Shown piece after piece: positions 9,142-17,078 of a stretch of DNA of 64,000 nt. The notes under the pieces were generated by a model. It searched no databases. It saw only the letters and a program-made list of their open reading frames with translations, and had not been told where the DNA came from. Each line of letters starts with the position of its first letter. The stretch's first letter is position 1. A program made the position numbers and the translations under genes. Origin of the DNA: Elusimicrobiota bacterium (GTDB lineage Bacteria; Elusimicrobiota; Elusimicrobia; UBA1565; UBA9628); the NCBI GenBank assembly GCA_016207605.1, contig JACQPJ010000059.1:1238-65237 (forward strand), in the 5' to 3' direction.

Positions 9142-10449
9142 ATGAAACCGATGAAGACGGAGTGGATCGTCTCCTTGAGCCTGGTCATCCTGGCCGGCCT
9201 GCTGGGACTCTGCGTGTCCGCGGCGCCGCCGATCGTCGTGGGCGGGCCGATCTCGACCGGCGACACGGCCTGGATGCTGACGGCCACGGGCCTGGTCCTG
9301 CTGATGACCCCCGGCCTGTCCTTCTTCTACGGCGGCATGGTCCAGCGCAAGAACGTCATCTCGACCATGCTGCAGAGCTTCATCTCGATGGGCGTGCTGA
9401 GCCTGGTCTGGGTCCTGGTCGGCTTCTCGCTCTCCTTCGGGGAAAGCTGGGGGGGCCTCATCGGCGACCCGCGCACCTATCTCCTCTTCCGCGGCGTCGG
9501 CGGAGCGACGCATCCGCTGCTCGCGCCTACCATCCCCCTGGCGCTCTTCGCCATGTTCCAGCTCAAGTTCGCGATCATCACGCCCGCCCTGATCACGGGC
9601 TCCTTCGCCGAGCGCGTGCGCTTCTCGAGCTACCTGCTGTTCATCACGCTCTTCTCGCTCTTCATCTACTGCCCGCTGGCCCACTGGACCTGGCATCCGG
9701 ACGGCTTCCTGCGCCGCTGGGGGGTCCTGGACTTCGCCGGCGGCACGGTCGTGCACATGTCCGCGGGCTTCGCCGCCCTGGCGGGGGCGATGTACCTGGG
9801 CCGCCGCAAGGTCCACCTCGCCCACGAGTCGCACGCCCCGGCCAACATCCCCTTCGTGCTCCTGGGCACGGGGATGCTCTGGTTCGGCTGGTTCGGCTTC
9901 AACGCGGGCTCGGCCCTGGCCGCCAACGACGTCGCGGTCCTGGCCTTCATCAACACCAACACCGCCTCCGCGGCGGCCATGCTGGCCTGGGTCTTCTTCG
10001 ACGCGGTGCGCGGGCGCCGCCCCTCGGCGCTGGGCGCCTCGGTCGGCGCGGTGGTGGGCCTGGTGGCCATCACGCCCGCCGCCGGCTACGTGCCCGTCGG
10101 GGCGTCGATCGCCATCGGGGCCGTCTCCAGCATCGTCTCGAACCTGGCCGCTCATTGGAAGTCGAAGTCCACGCTGGACGACACGCTGGACGTCTTCCCC
10201 TGCCACGGAGTCGGCGGCATCCTGGGCATGATCGCCACCGGCGCGCTCGCCGACAAGGTGGGTCTGATCCACGGCGACGCGACCGTGTTCCTGCGCCACA
10301 TGGCCGCGATCGCGATCGTGGGCGTGTTCTCCTTCGGCGGCTCCTGGCTCCTCTACAAGATCACGGACATGGCCATCACGCTGCGCGTCCGAGCGGAGCA
10401 GGAGGAGGCCGGCTTGGACTTGAGCCAGCACGCCGAGAGCCTCAGTTGA
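9142..10449 (+). CDS. amtB: ammonium transporter
   Basis: GDTAWML, LMTPGLSFFYGG, DFAGGTVVHMSAG, WFGWFGFNAGS, FPCHG (twin His), E..GLD C-terminus. Confidence 0.97.
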   Translation: MKPMKTEWIVSLSLVILAGLLGLCVSAAPPIVVGGPISTGDTAWMLTATGLVLLMTPGLSFFYGGMVQRKNVISTMLQSFISMGVLSLVWVLVGFSLSFGESWGGLIGDPRTYLLFRGVGGATHPLLAPTIPLALFAMFQLKFAIITPALITGSFAERVRFSSYLLFITLFSLFIYCPLAHWTWHPDGFLRRWGVLDFAGGTVVHMSAGFAALAGAMYLGRRKVHLAHESHAPANIPFVLLGTGMLWFGWFGFNAGSALAANDVAVLAFINTNTASAAAMLAWVFFDAVRGRRPSALGASVGAVVGLVAITPAAGYVPVGASIAIGAVSSIVSNLAAHWKSKSTLDDTLDVFPCHGVGGILGMIATGALADKVGLIHGDATVFLRHMAAIAIVGVFSFGGSWLLYKITDMAITLRVRAEQEEAGLDLSQHAESLS

Positions 10450-10459
10450 CGGCCCCGCG

Positions 10460-11071
10460 ATGACCCTCGGCCAGGCCCTGCGCGCGGGCGCGGCGATGCC
10501 GCTCCTGCTTCTTCTCTCGCTGGCGGTCCTGGCCCAGGCGCTGGAGAGGGCCTTCGCCTACGCCCGCCTGCGCCTGCCCTCGGACCTCTGGGAGCGGATG
10601 CGCCAGCGGCTGGCGTCGGGGGACCGGCTCGGGGCGCTGGCGCTGGCGCGGCGCGACGCGAGCCCGGTGGGCGCGGCGCTGGCCGCGCTCCTGGCCCTGG
10701 AGACCGCGGACGCCGAGCGCCTGGTCGAGGCCTTCCAGGTGCACCGCCAGCGCCTGAGCCTGGCGCTCAACCGGCGCGTCGGCCTCTTCGGCACGGCCAG
10801 CTTCATCGCGCCCCTGGTCGGCCTGCTGGGCACCGTGCTCGGCATCATGCGCGCCTTTCACGATCTCGCCGCGGCCGGCTCCGGCGGCCCCGCCGTCGTG
10901 GCCGCGGGGATCTCCGAAGCCCTGGTCTCGAAGGCCTTCGTCATCGGCGTGGCCGTGGCCGCCGCCTTCCTCTACAACTGCTTCACGCTGGCCTCCCGGC
11001 AGCGGCTGGGCACCGCGGACCTCTGGGTCCTGGAGCTGGCCGAACTCCTAGGCTCCAAGCGCGGCCTTTGA
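10460..11071 (+). CDS. exbB: MotA/TolQ/ExbB proton-channel protein
   Basis: APLVGLLGTVLGIMRAF...VAAGISEAL. Confidence 0.9.
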   Translation: MTLGQALRAGAAMPLLLLLSLAVLAQALERAFAYARLRLPSDLWERMRQRLASGDRLGALALARRDASPVGAALAALLALETADAERLVEAFQVHRQRLSLALNRRVGLFGTASFIAPLVGLLGTVLGIMRAFHDLAAAGSGGPAVVAAGISEALVSKAFVIGVAVAAAFLYNCFTLASRQRLGTADLWVLELAELLGSKRGL

Positions 11072-11523
11072 CGACGACGCCTAACCCCTGGGGCCGGGAG
11101 GAGGACCCCGCCCCCATCGCCGACGTCAACGTCGTGCCGCTGGCCGACGTGTCCCTGGTCCTGCTCATCCTCCTGCTGGTGCTGGCGCCCATGACCTCTC
11201 AGTCCATGCTGCGCGTGCAGTCGTCCGGGGCACGGGCCCCCGCCGCCGGCGAGACCACGTCCGCGCCCGGGGCCGGGGAGCCCGCGCTGATCCTCCTCCT
11301 GTCGCGGGCCGGCTGGGCCGCCGAAGACGGACCCATCGGCGACGACGCCGCCCTGAGGGCCTGGCTGGCGCCGCGGCTGGCGCGGCGCGGCGACAAGCGA
11401 GTCTTTCTCGCTCCGGAGCCGGACGTCCCCAACGGGCGCCTCGTCTCCGGCGTCGAGGCGCTCCAGGACTGCGGCGCCGCCGTCGCCCTGGTCCAGGCGC
11501 GCGACGAGCCGCAGGCCCGCTGA
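11068..11523 (+). CDS. exbD: ExbD/TolR family protein (copy 1)
   Basis: DVNVVPLADVSLVLLILLLV with conserved TM Asp; TTG start overlapping exbB stop. Confidence 0.85.
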   Translation: MTTTPNPWGREEDPAPIADVNVVPLADVSLVLLILLLVLAPMTSQSMLRVQSSGARAPAAGETTSAPGAGEPALILLLSRAGWAAEDGPIGDDAALRAWLAPRLARRGDKRVFLAPEPDVPNGRLVSGVEALQDCGAAVALVQARDEPQAR

Positions 11524-11948
11524 TGGCGCGCTACGCCCTGGCGCGCCTGGGCGCGCAGACGCCGCGGCCCGAGCCGGTGACCGAGGTCAGCGTCGTGCCC
11601 GTCATCGATATCTCCCTCGTGCTCCTCGTGATCCTGTTCGTGACCGCGCCCCTGCTGTCCGATCCCGGCCTGCCCGTGGCCCTGCCCGCCGCGCGCCGGG
11701 CCGCGGACCCCGGCGACGCGCTCGCCGTCACCTGCACGGCCGACGGGCGCCTCTCGGTGCTGGCCGCGCCTTCGTCCTGGCCGGCGCTGGCCGCGGACCT
11801 CCAGAGGGAGCTCGCGCGCCGGCCCGGCGCGGAGGTGCTCCTGCGCGCGGACGCGGACGCTCCCTACCGACTCGTCTCGCGCCTGCTGGCCGCGGCCAAG
11901 GCCGCGGGCGCGGAGCGCATCGCTTTGGCGACGGCCCCCGTGAAATGA
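11523..11948 (+). CDS. exbD: ExbD/TolR family protein (copy 2)
   Basis: EVSVVPVIDISLVLLVILFVTAP, VLLRADADAPY..V..LL.AAKAAG...IAL. Confidence 0.9.
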   Translation: MARYALARLGAQTPRPEPVTEVSVVPVIDISLVLLVILFVTAPLLSDPGLPVALPAARRAADPGDALAVTCTADGRLSVLAAPSSWPALAADLQRELARRPGAEVLLRADADAPYRLVSRLLAAAKAAGAERIALATAPVK

Positions 11949-12850
11949 ACGCCTCGCTCCTTTTAGCGGCCGCCGCGCTCGCCGCCGCGGCCGGCGCGAG
12001 CCGCGAGGCCGCCGCGCCCCAGGACGCCTCGATCCAGGCCCGCTCCCCAGGCCCGGGGCTGGCGGTCCCGCCGCCCGAGCCTGCCCCGGCCGTGGTGGAC
12101 GAGGTCCTGGACTCCCTGCTTCTCGGCCGCGGACGCGGCGGGCCCGCGCCCGCGCGGGTGGGGGTGACTCCCGAGCCGGCGCGCGCCCCGCGTCCCTTTC
12201 CCGAGCCGCCCTACCTGGCGCTCTCGCCCGCCAACATCGAGGCCCTCTACGACGCCTGGATTTTCGAAGTGTTCGACGGCCTGGAATTGGTGTTCCGGTC
12301 GGAGGGCATCGGGCTGCTGCAGGAGCCTTTGGAGTGGGCGGGGGAAGGCTCGGACGGACGGACGGCCGCCGTCGCGGGGCGCGGCTACCGCTATCGCTTC
12401 ACCGGGCGCAGAGGCTCGCGCTCCTTCCTCATCGACAGCGAGCCCGTCCGACTCGACTCGCTCTCGCGCCCCGAGTTCTCGGGCGCGACGCGCCTGGAGG
12501 CCGCGGCCTCGGCCCTGTTTAAGGAGGGGCAAGCGGAGTTCGCGGACTCGGCCAAGCTCCTGCTCGACGCCCTCGTCGAGCGACTGCGCCCGCCCGAGGC
12601 CCGCCCCGGCGGCGTCTGCCGCCTGGCCTTTTACGCCTTCAAGCCGCGATCCGCCGCGGCCAAGGCCCGCGCCGAGGCCCTGTCCGGCTTTCTCACGTCC
12701 GCCCTGCGCCTCAAACCCTCCCAAGTGGAGGTCTCCGTCCTGCCCGCCGAGAGCGGCGAAATCCTCGCCGTCGTCATGCCGCCGTCCTCAGGTCCGATTT
12801 TTCAGCTCGACCAGCCGAACCACCCCGATCGAGAGCGCGTAGAGCCCTAG
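11945..12850 (+). CDS. secreted hypothetical protein with FlgD-Ig-like and degenerate OmpA-like regions
   Basis: Signal peptide; W.G.GSDG....G.GY.YRF motif; LF..G.A pattern typical of the OmpA domain start; ATGA-coupled to exbD. Confidence 0.55.
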   Translation: MNASLLLAAAALAAAAGASREAAAPQDASIQARSPGPGLAVPPPEPAPAVVDEVLDSLLLGRGRGGPAPARVGVTPEPARAPRPFPEPPYLALSPANIEALYDAWIFEVFDGLELVFRSEGIGLLQEPLEWAGEGSDGRTAAVAGRGYRYRFTGRRGSRSFLIDSEPVRLDSLSRPEFSGATRLEAAASALFKEGQAEFADSAKLLLDALVERLRPPEARPGGVCRLAFYAFKPRSAAAKARAEALSGFLTSALRLKPSQVEVSVLPAESGEILAVVMPPSSGPIFQLDQPNHPDRERVEP

Positions 12851-13576
12851 GAGCACGACGCCGAAAAGAGCGCTCGTGGCGATCACGTCTCCGGGAGTGA
12901 GGAAGGCGGCGGCAAGCAGAATGGCGACGGCCGCCTCGCGCCAGCGGCGGAGCATGGCGCGAGAGCCGATCAGCTCGAAGCGGGCCAGGAAGTAGAACAA
13001 GACGGGCGCCTCGAAGCAGGCTCCCACGCCCGCCACCGTATAAAGGAGAAGATCGAGATACTCGGCCGGGCGCAGGCTGGGACGCAGGCCCGCGGCGAAC
13101 GCCTCGTCCAGGAGCAGGTCGCACAAGAGGGGGAAGGCCAGGACGTAAGCGAAGGCCGCGCCCGCGGCGAAACAGACGCTGGTCGCGGCGACAAAGCGCG
13201 TCGCCAGGACGCGGTCGCGCGGCCGCAGGGCGGGACGCACGAAGGCCCAGACCTGGTAGAACAGATAGGGCGAGACAAGCAAGACCGCGGCCCAGAAGGA
13301 CAGGCGCATGAAGGAAAAGAAGGGTTCGGCCAAGCCGGTGTAGGCGAACGGGGCCAGCTCGGCGGCGTCCGCCCGGCGCGAGGCCAGCGCGGCCAGCAGG
13401 GGGCGCTTGGCCAGGGCCCAGAGGCGCAGGCGCAGAACGTAGCACGCCGCGGTCCCCGCCAAGAGGGCCAAGGCCGCGGCGACGAGGCGCACGCGCAGCT
13501 CGCCCACGTGGGACCAGAAGGGCAGGGGACGGTCCTCGTCGAGGCCCGGCAGGGCGCGGGGGACCAGCGCGCTCAC
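12788..13576 (-). CDS. tatC: twin-arginine translocase subunit TatC
   Basis: PFWSHVGELRVRL, EPFFSFMR, YQVWAFVRPAL, FEAPV, AAFLTPGD; probable GTG start overlapping yraN stop. Confidence 0.93.
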   Translation of the reverse strand: MSALVPRALPGLDEDRPLPFWSHVGELRVRLVAAALALLAGTAACYVLRLRLWALAKRPLLAALASRRADAAELAPFAYTGLAEPFFSFMRLSFWAAVLLVSPYLFYQVWAFVRPALRPRDRVLATRFVAATSVCFAAGAAFAYVLAFPLLCDLLLDEAFAAGLRPSLRPAEYLDLLLYTVAGVGACFEAPVLFYFLARFELIGSRAMLRRWREAAVAILLAAAFLTPGDVIATSALFGVVLLGLYALSIGVVRLVELKNRT

Positions 13577-13932
13577 GAGCCCGCCTCGAAGGCCGCGGGG
13601 ATGTGCTCCAGCCGTCCCGCCTCCAGCGCCACGACGTCGAAGCGGCAGGGACCCTCCCAGCGGCGCGCGGCCAGCCACCGCCGGGCCGCGCGCGCGATCC
13701 GCGCGCGCTTGGCCCGGTCCACCGAGGCCGCCGCGCCGCCGAAGCCCGCGCCGGCGCGGGAGCGGACCTCCACGAAGACCACCTCCTCGCCGTCGCGCGC
13801 GACCAGATCGATCTCGCCCGCCTTGGTCCGGAAGTTGCGCTCAAGGACCGCCATCCCGCGGGAGGCCAGGTACGCGGCGGCGCGCTCCTCGGCGTCGCGC
13901 CCGGCCGCGGCGCGTCCCGCGGGGAGCGTCAT
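13573..13932 (-). CDS. yraN: YraN family endonuclease
   Basis: GRDAEERAAAYL, ERNFRTKAGEIDLVA, VFVEVRSR, CRFDVVA; ATG at 13932. Confidence 0.93.
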   Translation of the reverse strand: MTLPAGRAAAGRDAEERAAAYLASRGMAVLERNFRTKAGEIDLVARDGEEVVFVEVRSRAGAGFGGAAASVDRAKRARIARAARRWLAARRWEGPCRFDVVALEAGRLEHIPAAFEAGS

Positions 13933-14555
13933 CGGAGCGCCTCGGCGACCGGAGCGAAGGAGCGGCGGTGCGCGGCGCAGGGGCCCAGGCGCTTGAGCGC
14001 GGCGGCGTGCGCGGAGGTGCCGTAGCCCTTGTGGCGGGCGAAGCCGTAGCCGGGATAGCGCCGCTCCAGGCGCGCCATCCAGCGGTCGCGCACGACCTTG
14101 GCGACGATGCCGGCGGCCGCCGCGCACAGGGACTTGGCGTCGCCGTCCACGACGGCCTCCTGGGAGAGTTCCAGGCCCGGGACCCGGCGGGGGCCGTCCA
14201 CGATCGCATGCGCGGGACCGCCCGCCTTGGCGGCCGCGCGGCGCGCGGCGCGCCCCATCGCCGCGAGCGTGGCGCGCAGGATGTTGTCGCGATCCACCGC
14301 GGCGGGATGCGCCCAGGCAAGGGATACGGCGACGGCCTCGCGGCGCACGAGGCCGTAAAAGCGCTCCCGCGCCCGCGGGGTCAGGGTCTTGGAGTCGCGC
14401 GCGGCCGCCAGCCCCGCGGACGGCCGCTCCGGCAGAACGACGGCCGCCACCACGACCGGGCCCGCCAGCGGACCCCGCCCGGCCTCGTCCACGCCGACCA
14501 GCCGCGCGGCGCCCGCGCGGATCCTGGCCGCTGCGTCGAAGCGACGGCCGTCCAA
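13929..14555 (-). CDS. rnhB: ribonuclease HII
   Basis: GVDEAGRGPLAGPV, DSK, GDAKS, GFARHKGYGT, HRRSF. Confidence 0.96.
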   Translation of the reverse strand: MDGRRFDAAARIRAGAARLVGVDEAGRGPLAGPVVVAAVVLPERPSAGLAAARDSKTLTPRARERFYGLVRREAVAVSLAWAHPAAVDRDNILRATLAAMGRAARRAAAKAGGPAHAIVDGPRRVPGLELSQEAVVDGDAKSLCAAAAGIVAKVVRDRWMARLERRYPGYGFARHKGYGTSAHAAALKRLGPCAAHRRSFAPVAEALR

Positions 14556-14560
14556 TCGCG

Positions 14561-15016
14561 CTACTGGGCGACGGGCCTGGGCTGAGGCTGGGGCCGGGAC
14601 GCGGGCTTGAGCTTGGACTCCGCCTTCGGCGCGGGCTTGGCCTCGGGCTTGAGTTCCAGCTTGGGCTCGGGCGGCTTGGCGGCCTCGGACTCCGCGCGCT
14701 CGTCGAGCCGCGCGGAACGGCCCGTCAGGCCCCGCAGGTAATAGAGGCGGGCGCGCCGCGCGCGGCCGGCGCGCACGAGCTCCACCTTGTCGATGTGCGG
14801 CGAAGCCAAAGGAAACGTCCGCTCCACGCCCACGCCGAAGGAGACCTTGCGGACCGTGAAGGTCTCTCCCGGTCCGCGGCCGCGCCGCGAAATCACCACG
14901 CCCTCGAAGACCTGGACGCGCTCGCTGTCGCCTTCCCGGACCTTCATGTGCACCCGGACGGTGTCGCCGGGACGGAACATCGGCACGACCTGCTTGTCCT
15001 CCATTGCAACCATCAT
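14561..15016 (-). CDS. rplS: 50S ribosomal protein L19
   Basis: [10 protein letters not shown]...[11 protein letters not shown]...[17 protein letters not shown]...RRARLYYLR; AGGAG upstream; ATGA overlap with trmD. Confidence 0.97.
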   Translation of the reverse strand: MMVAMEDKQVVPMFRPGDTVRVHMKVREGDSERVQVFEGVVISRRGRGPGETFTVRKVSFGVGVERTFPLASPHIDKVELVRAGRARRARLYYLRGLTGRSARLDERAESEAAKPPEPKLELKPEAKPAPKAESKLKPASRPQPQPRPVAQ

Positions 15017-15711
15017 GCGCTTTCTCCTGACGTCCTGGTTCGCCCCGCCGCTATAAGATCGGGACGCTTGCGCCGCGTCGAGGCCAGGGCGGCTTGGCGC
15101 CGCCAGGCCCGGATCTTGGCATGGTCCCCGGAAAACAGCACCTCGGGGGCCTTGCGGCCGCGCCAAACGCGCGGCCGCGTGTACTGCGGAAAATCGAGCA
15201 GGCCGGACGCGAACGACTCGTCGGCCGCGGCCTCGTCCTTCTTGAGCACGCCCGGAATCTTGCGGACCACGGCGTCGGCCACGACCAGGGCGGGCAGCTC
15301 CCCGCCGGTGAGGACGTAGTCGCCGATGGAGAGCTCCTCGTCGAACAAGCGCAGCGCGCGCTCGTCGACCCCCTCGTAGCGCCCGCAGACGAGCACCAGG
15401 CGCTCCCGCTGGGAGAGCCGGACCGCGGCGGCGTCGTCGAAGGTCACGCCCTGCGGCGATAGGAAGATCACCGCCGCGTCCTTGGTCCTCACGCGGCGCA
15501 CGGCGCGAGCCAGGGGCTCGGCCATGAGCACCATGCCGGCCCCACCGCCGAAGGGGCGGTCGTCGACGCGGCGGCGCTTGTCCGCGGAAAAATCGCGCGG
15601 GTTGACGCAGCCCCAGGACAGCAGCCCCTTGTCCCGGGCGCGGCCCAGGATGCCGGCGTCCATCACCGGGGGGAACAGCTCCGGGAACAGCGTGACGAAG
15701 TCGATGCGCAT
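15013..15711 (-). CDS. trmD: tRNA (guanine-N1)-methyltransferase
   Basis: [48 protein letters not shown]. Confidence 0.98.
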   Translation of the reverse strand: MRIDFVTLFPELFPPVMDAGILGRARDKGLLSWGCVNPRDFSADKRRRVDDRPFGGGAGMVLMAEPLARAVRRVRTKDAAVIFLSPQGVTFDDAAAVRLSQRERLVLVCGRYEGVDERALRLFDEELSIGDYVLTGGELPALVVADAVVRKIPGVLKKDEAAADESFASGLLDFPQYTRPRVWRGRKAPEVLFSGDHAKIRAWRRQAALASTRRKRPDLIAAGRTRTSGESA

Positions 15712-15884
15712 CTAGGCCTCGACCCGTTGGGCTCGGCACAGGTGTGCTGAGGAAAGGTTCATAACACCTAGGCCTCGACCCGTTGGGCTCGGCACAGGTG
15801 TGCTGAGGAAAGGTTCATAACACCTAGGCCTCGACCCTTCGGGCTCGGCACAGATGCGGCCGGGGAGAGCCTGGTCGCATCTAG
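15712..15884. repeat. three tandem CTAG-bounded double-hairpin units (56, 56, 57 bp)
   Basis: CTAG at 15712, 15768, 15824, 15881; units 1 and 2 identical, unit 3 has a variant second hairpin. Confidence 0.92.
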
Positions 15885-16108
15885 TCGATCTCCACGACCG
15901 CGTGCCGGCCGGCCTTCTGCGCCGCCACGCCCACCAGGGCGCGGATCGCCTTGATCACCTTGCCCTGGCGGCCGATGATCTTGCCCTTGTCCGCCTCGTC
16001 GACGATGAGCTTGAGGACGGAGGCGTCGCCGTCCCGGCTCTCCTCGACGCGCACCGCGTCGGGCCTGTCGGCCAGGCGGGAGACGACGTAGAGCGCGAGC
16101 TCCTTCAT
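15881..16108 (-). CDS. khpA: KH-domain RNA-binding protein
   Basis: MKELALYVVSRLADRPDAV...DKGKIIGRQGKVIKAIR; 75 aa between rpsP and trmD. Confidence 0.93.
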   Translation of the reverse strand: MKELALYVVSRLADRPDAVRVEESRDGDASVLKLIVDEADKGKIIGRQGKVIKAIRALVGVAAQKAGRHAVVEID

Positions 16109-16112
16109 CGGC

Positions 16113-16373
16113 TCACTTCGGCGCGGCGGCCTTGCGCGCCGCCTTGACCAGAGCCTCGACGGTCTCGGACGGCCTGGCGCCGACCTTGATCCAATGCTCG
16201 TAGCGCTCGTTCTTGAGCGCGATCTTGCGCCCGGCGGATTCCTCGCGCGGGTTGTAGGTGCCCAGCACCTCCACGGGCTTGCCCGCGGCCGCGCGCGCCT
16301 TCTCGATGGCGACGACGCGATAGTAGGGCTGGTGCGGCTTGCCCGTGCGCTGCAGTCTGATGACGACGGCCAT
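16113..16373 (-). CDS. rpsP: 30S ribosomal protein S16
   Basis: MAVVIRLQRTGKPHQPYYRVVA...EVLGTYNP...W...GARPSETV. Confidence 0.97.
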   Translation of the reverse strand: MAVVIRLQRTGKPHQPYYRVVAIEKARAAAGKPVEVLGTYNPREESAGRKIALKNERYEHWIKVGARPSETVEALVKAARKAAAPK

Positions 16374-16391
16374 GTGTTTCCTCCGTTGCTT

Positions 16392-17078
16392 CTAAGTCTG
16401 CGAAGCCTTGGCCGCGAACGCGGCCCGGGCCCGGGCCTCGAGGGCGCGGAACGCCGCGGCGCAGTCCGGCGCGCCGAAGACGGCCGAGCCCGCGACCAGG
16501 CTGTCGGCGCCCGCGCCGGCCGCGGCCGCGATCGTGGACGCGCCCACGCCCCCGTCCACCTGGATCCAGCAGTCCAGGCCGCGGGCGTCGACGGCGGCGC
16601 GCAGGGCGGCCACCTTGGGCAGCATGTCCGCCATGAACGCCTGGCCCCCAAAGCCCGGCTCGACGGTCATGACCAGGGCGAGGTCGCAGGAGTCCAGCGC
16701 GGCCAGCAGCGGGGCGACGGGAGTGCCCGGCTTGACCGCCAGGCCCGCCCGCACGCCCAGGCCGCGCACGGCCGCCAGCGCCGCGGCCGCGTCCGCCACG
16801 GCCTCCTGGTGGATGGTGACGAGGTCGGCCCCGGCCCGCGCGAACCACGGCGCGGCCGCCAGCGGATTGGAGACCATGAGGTGGGCGTCCACGAAGAAGC
16901 CGCGGGACTTGGCCAGGCGCGCGAAATCGGGGCCGAAGCTGAGGTTGGGCACGAAGTGGCCGTCCATGACGTCCACCGAGACCCAGCCGCAGCCCGCCGC
17001 CCTGACCGCGTCGAGCTGGGCTCCGAGCCGGGCAAGGTCGCCGGCCAGCAGGGAGGGCACGACCTCCGGGGTCTTCAC
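16392..17078 (-). CDS. rpe: ribulose-phosphate 3-epimerase
   Basis: PSLLAGD, DVMDGHFVPN, DAHLMV, MTVEPGFGGQ, IQVDGG, LVAGSAVF; GTG start overlapping PASTA gene stop. Confidence 0.93.
   Translation of the reverse strand: MKTPEVVPSLLAGDLARLGAQLDAVRAAGCGWVSVDVMDGHFVPNLSFGPDFARLAKSRGFFVDAHLMVSNPLAAAPWFARAGADLVTIHQEAVADAAAALAAVRGLGVRAGLAVKPGTPVAPLLAALDSCDLALVMTVEPGFGGQAFMADMLPKVAALRAAVDARGLDCWIQVDGGVGASTIAAAAGAGADSLVAGSAVFGAPDCAAAFRALEARARAAFAAKASQT

Noticed and set aside
12788-12850. Convergent 3' overlaps (63 nt here; 23 nt at 21620-21642)
   Set aside because: Common in compact GC-rich genomes; no sign of a functional antisense arrangement
15712-15884. Possible CRISPR array
   Set aside because: Units are contiguous 56-bp repeats with no unique spacers, and no cas genes are in the window
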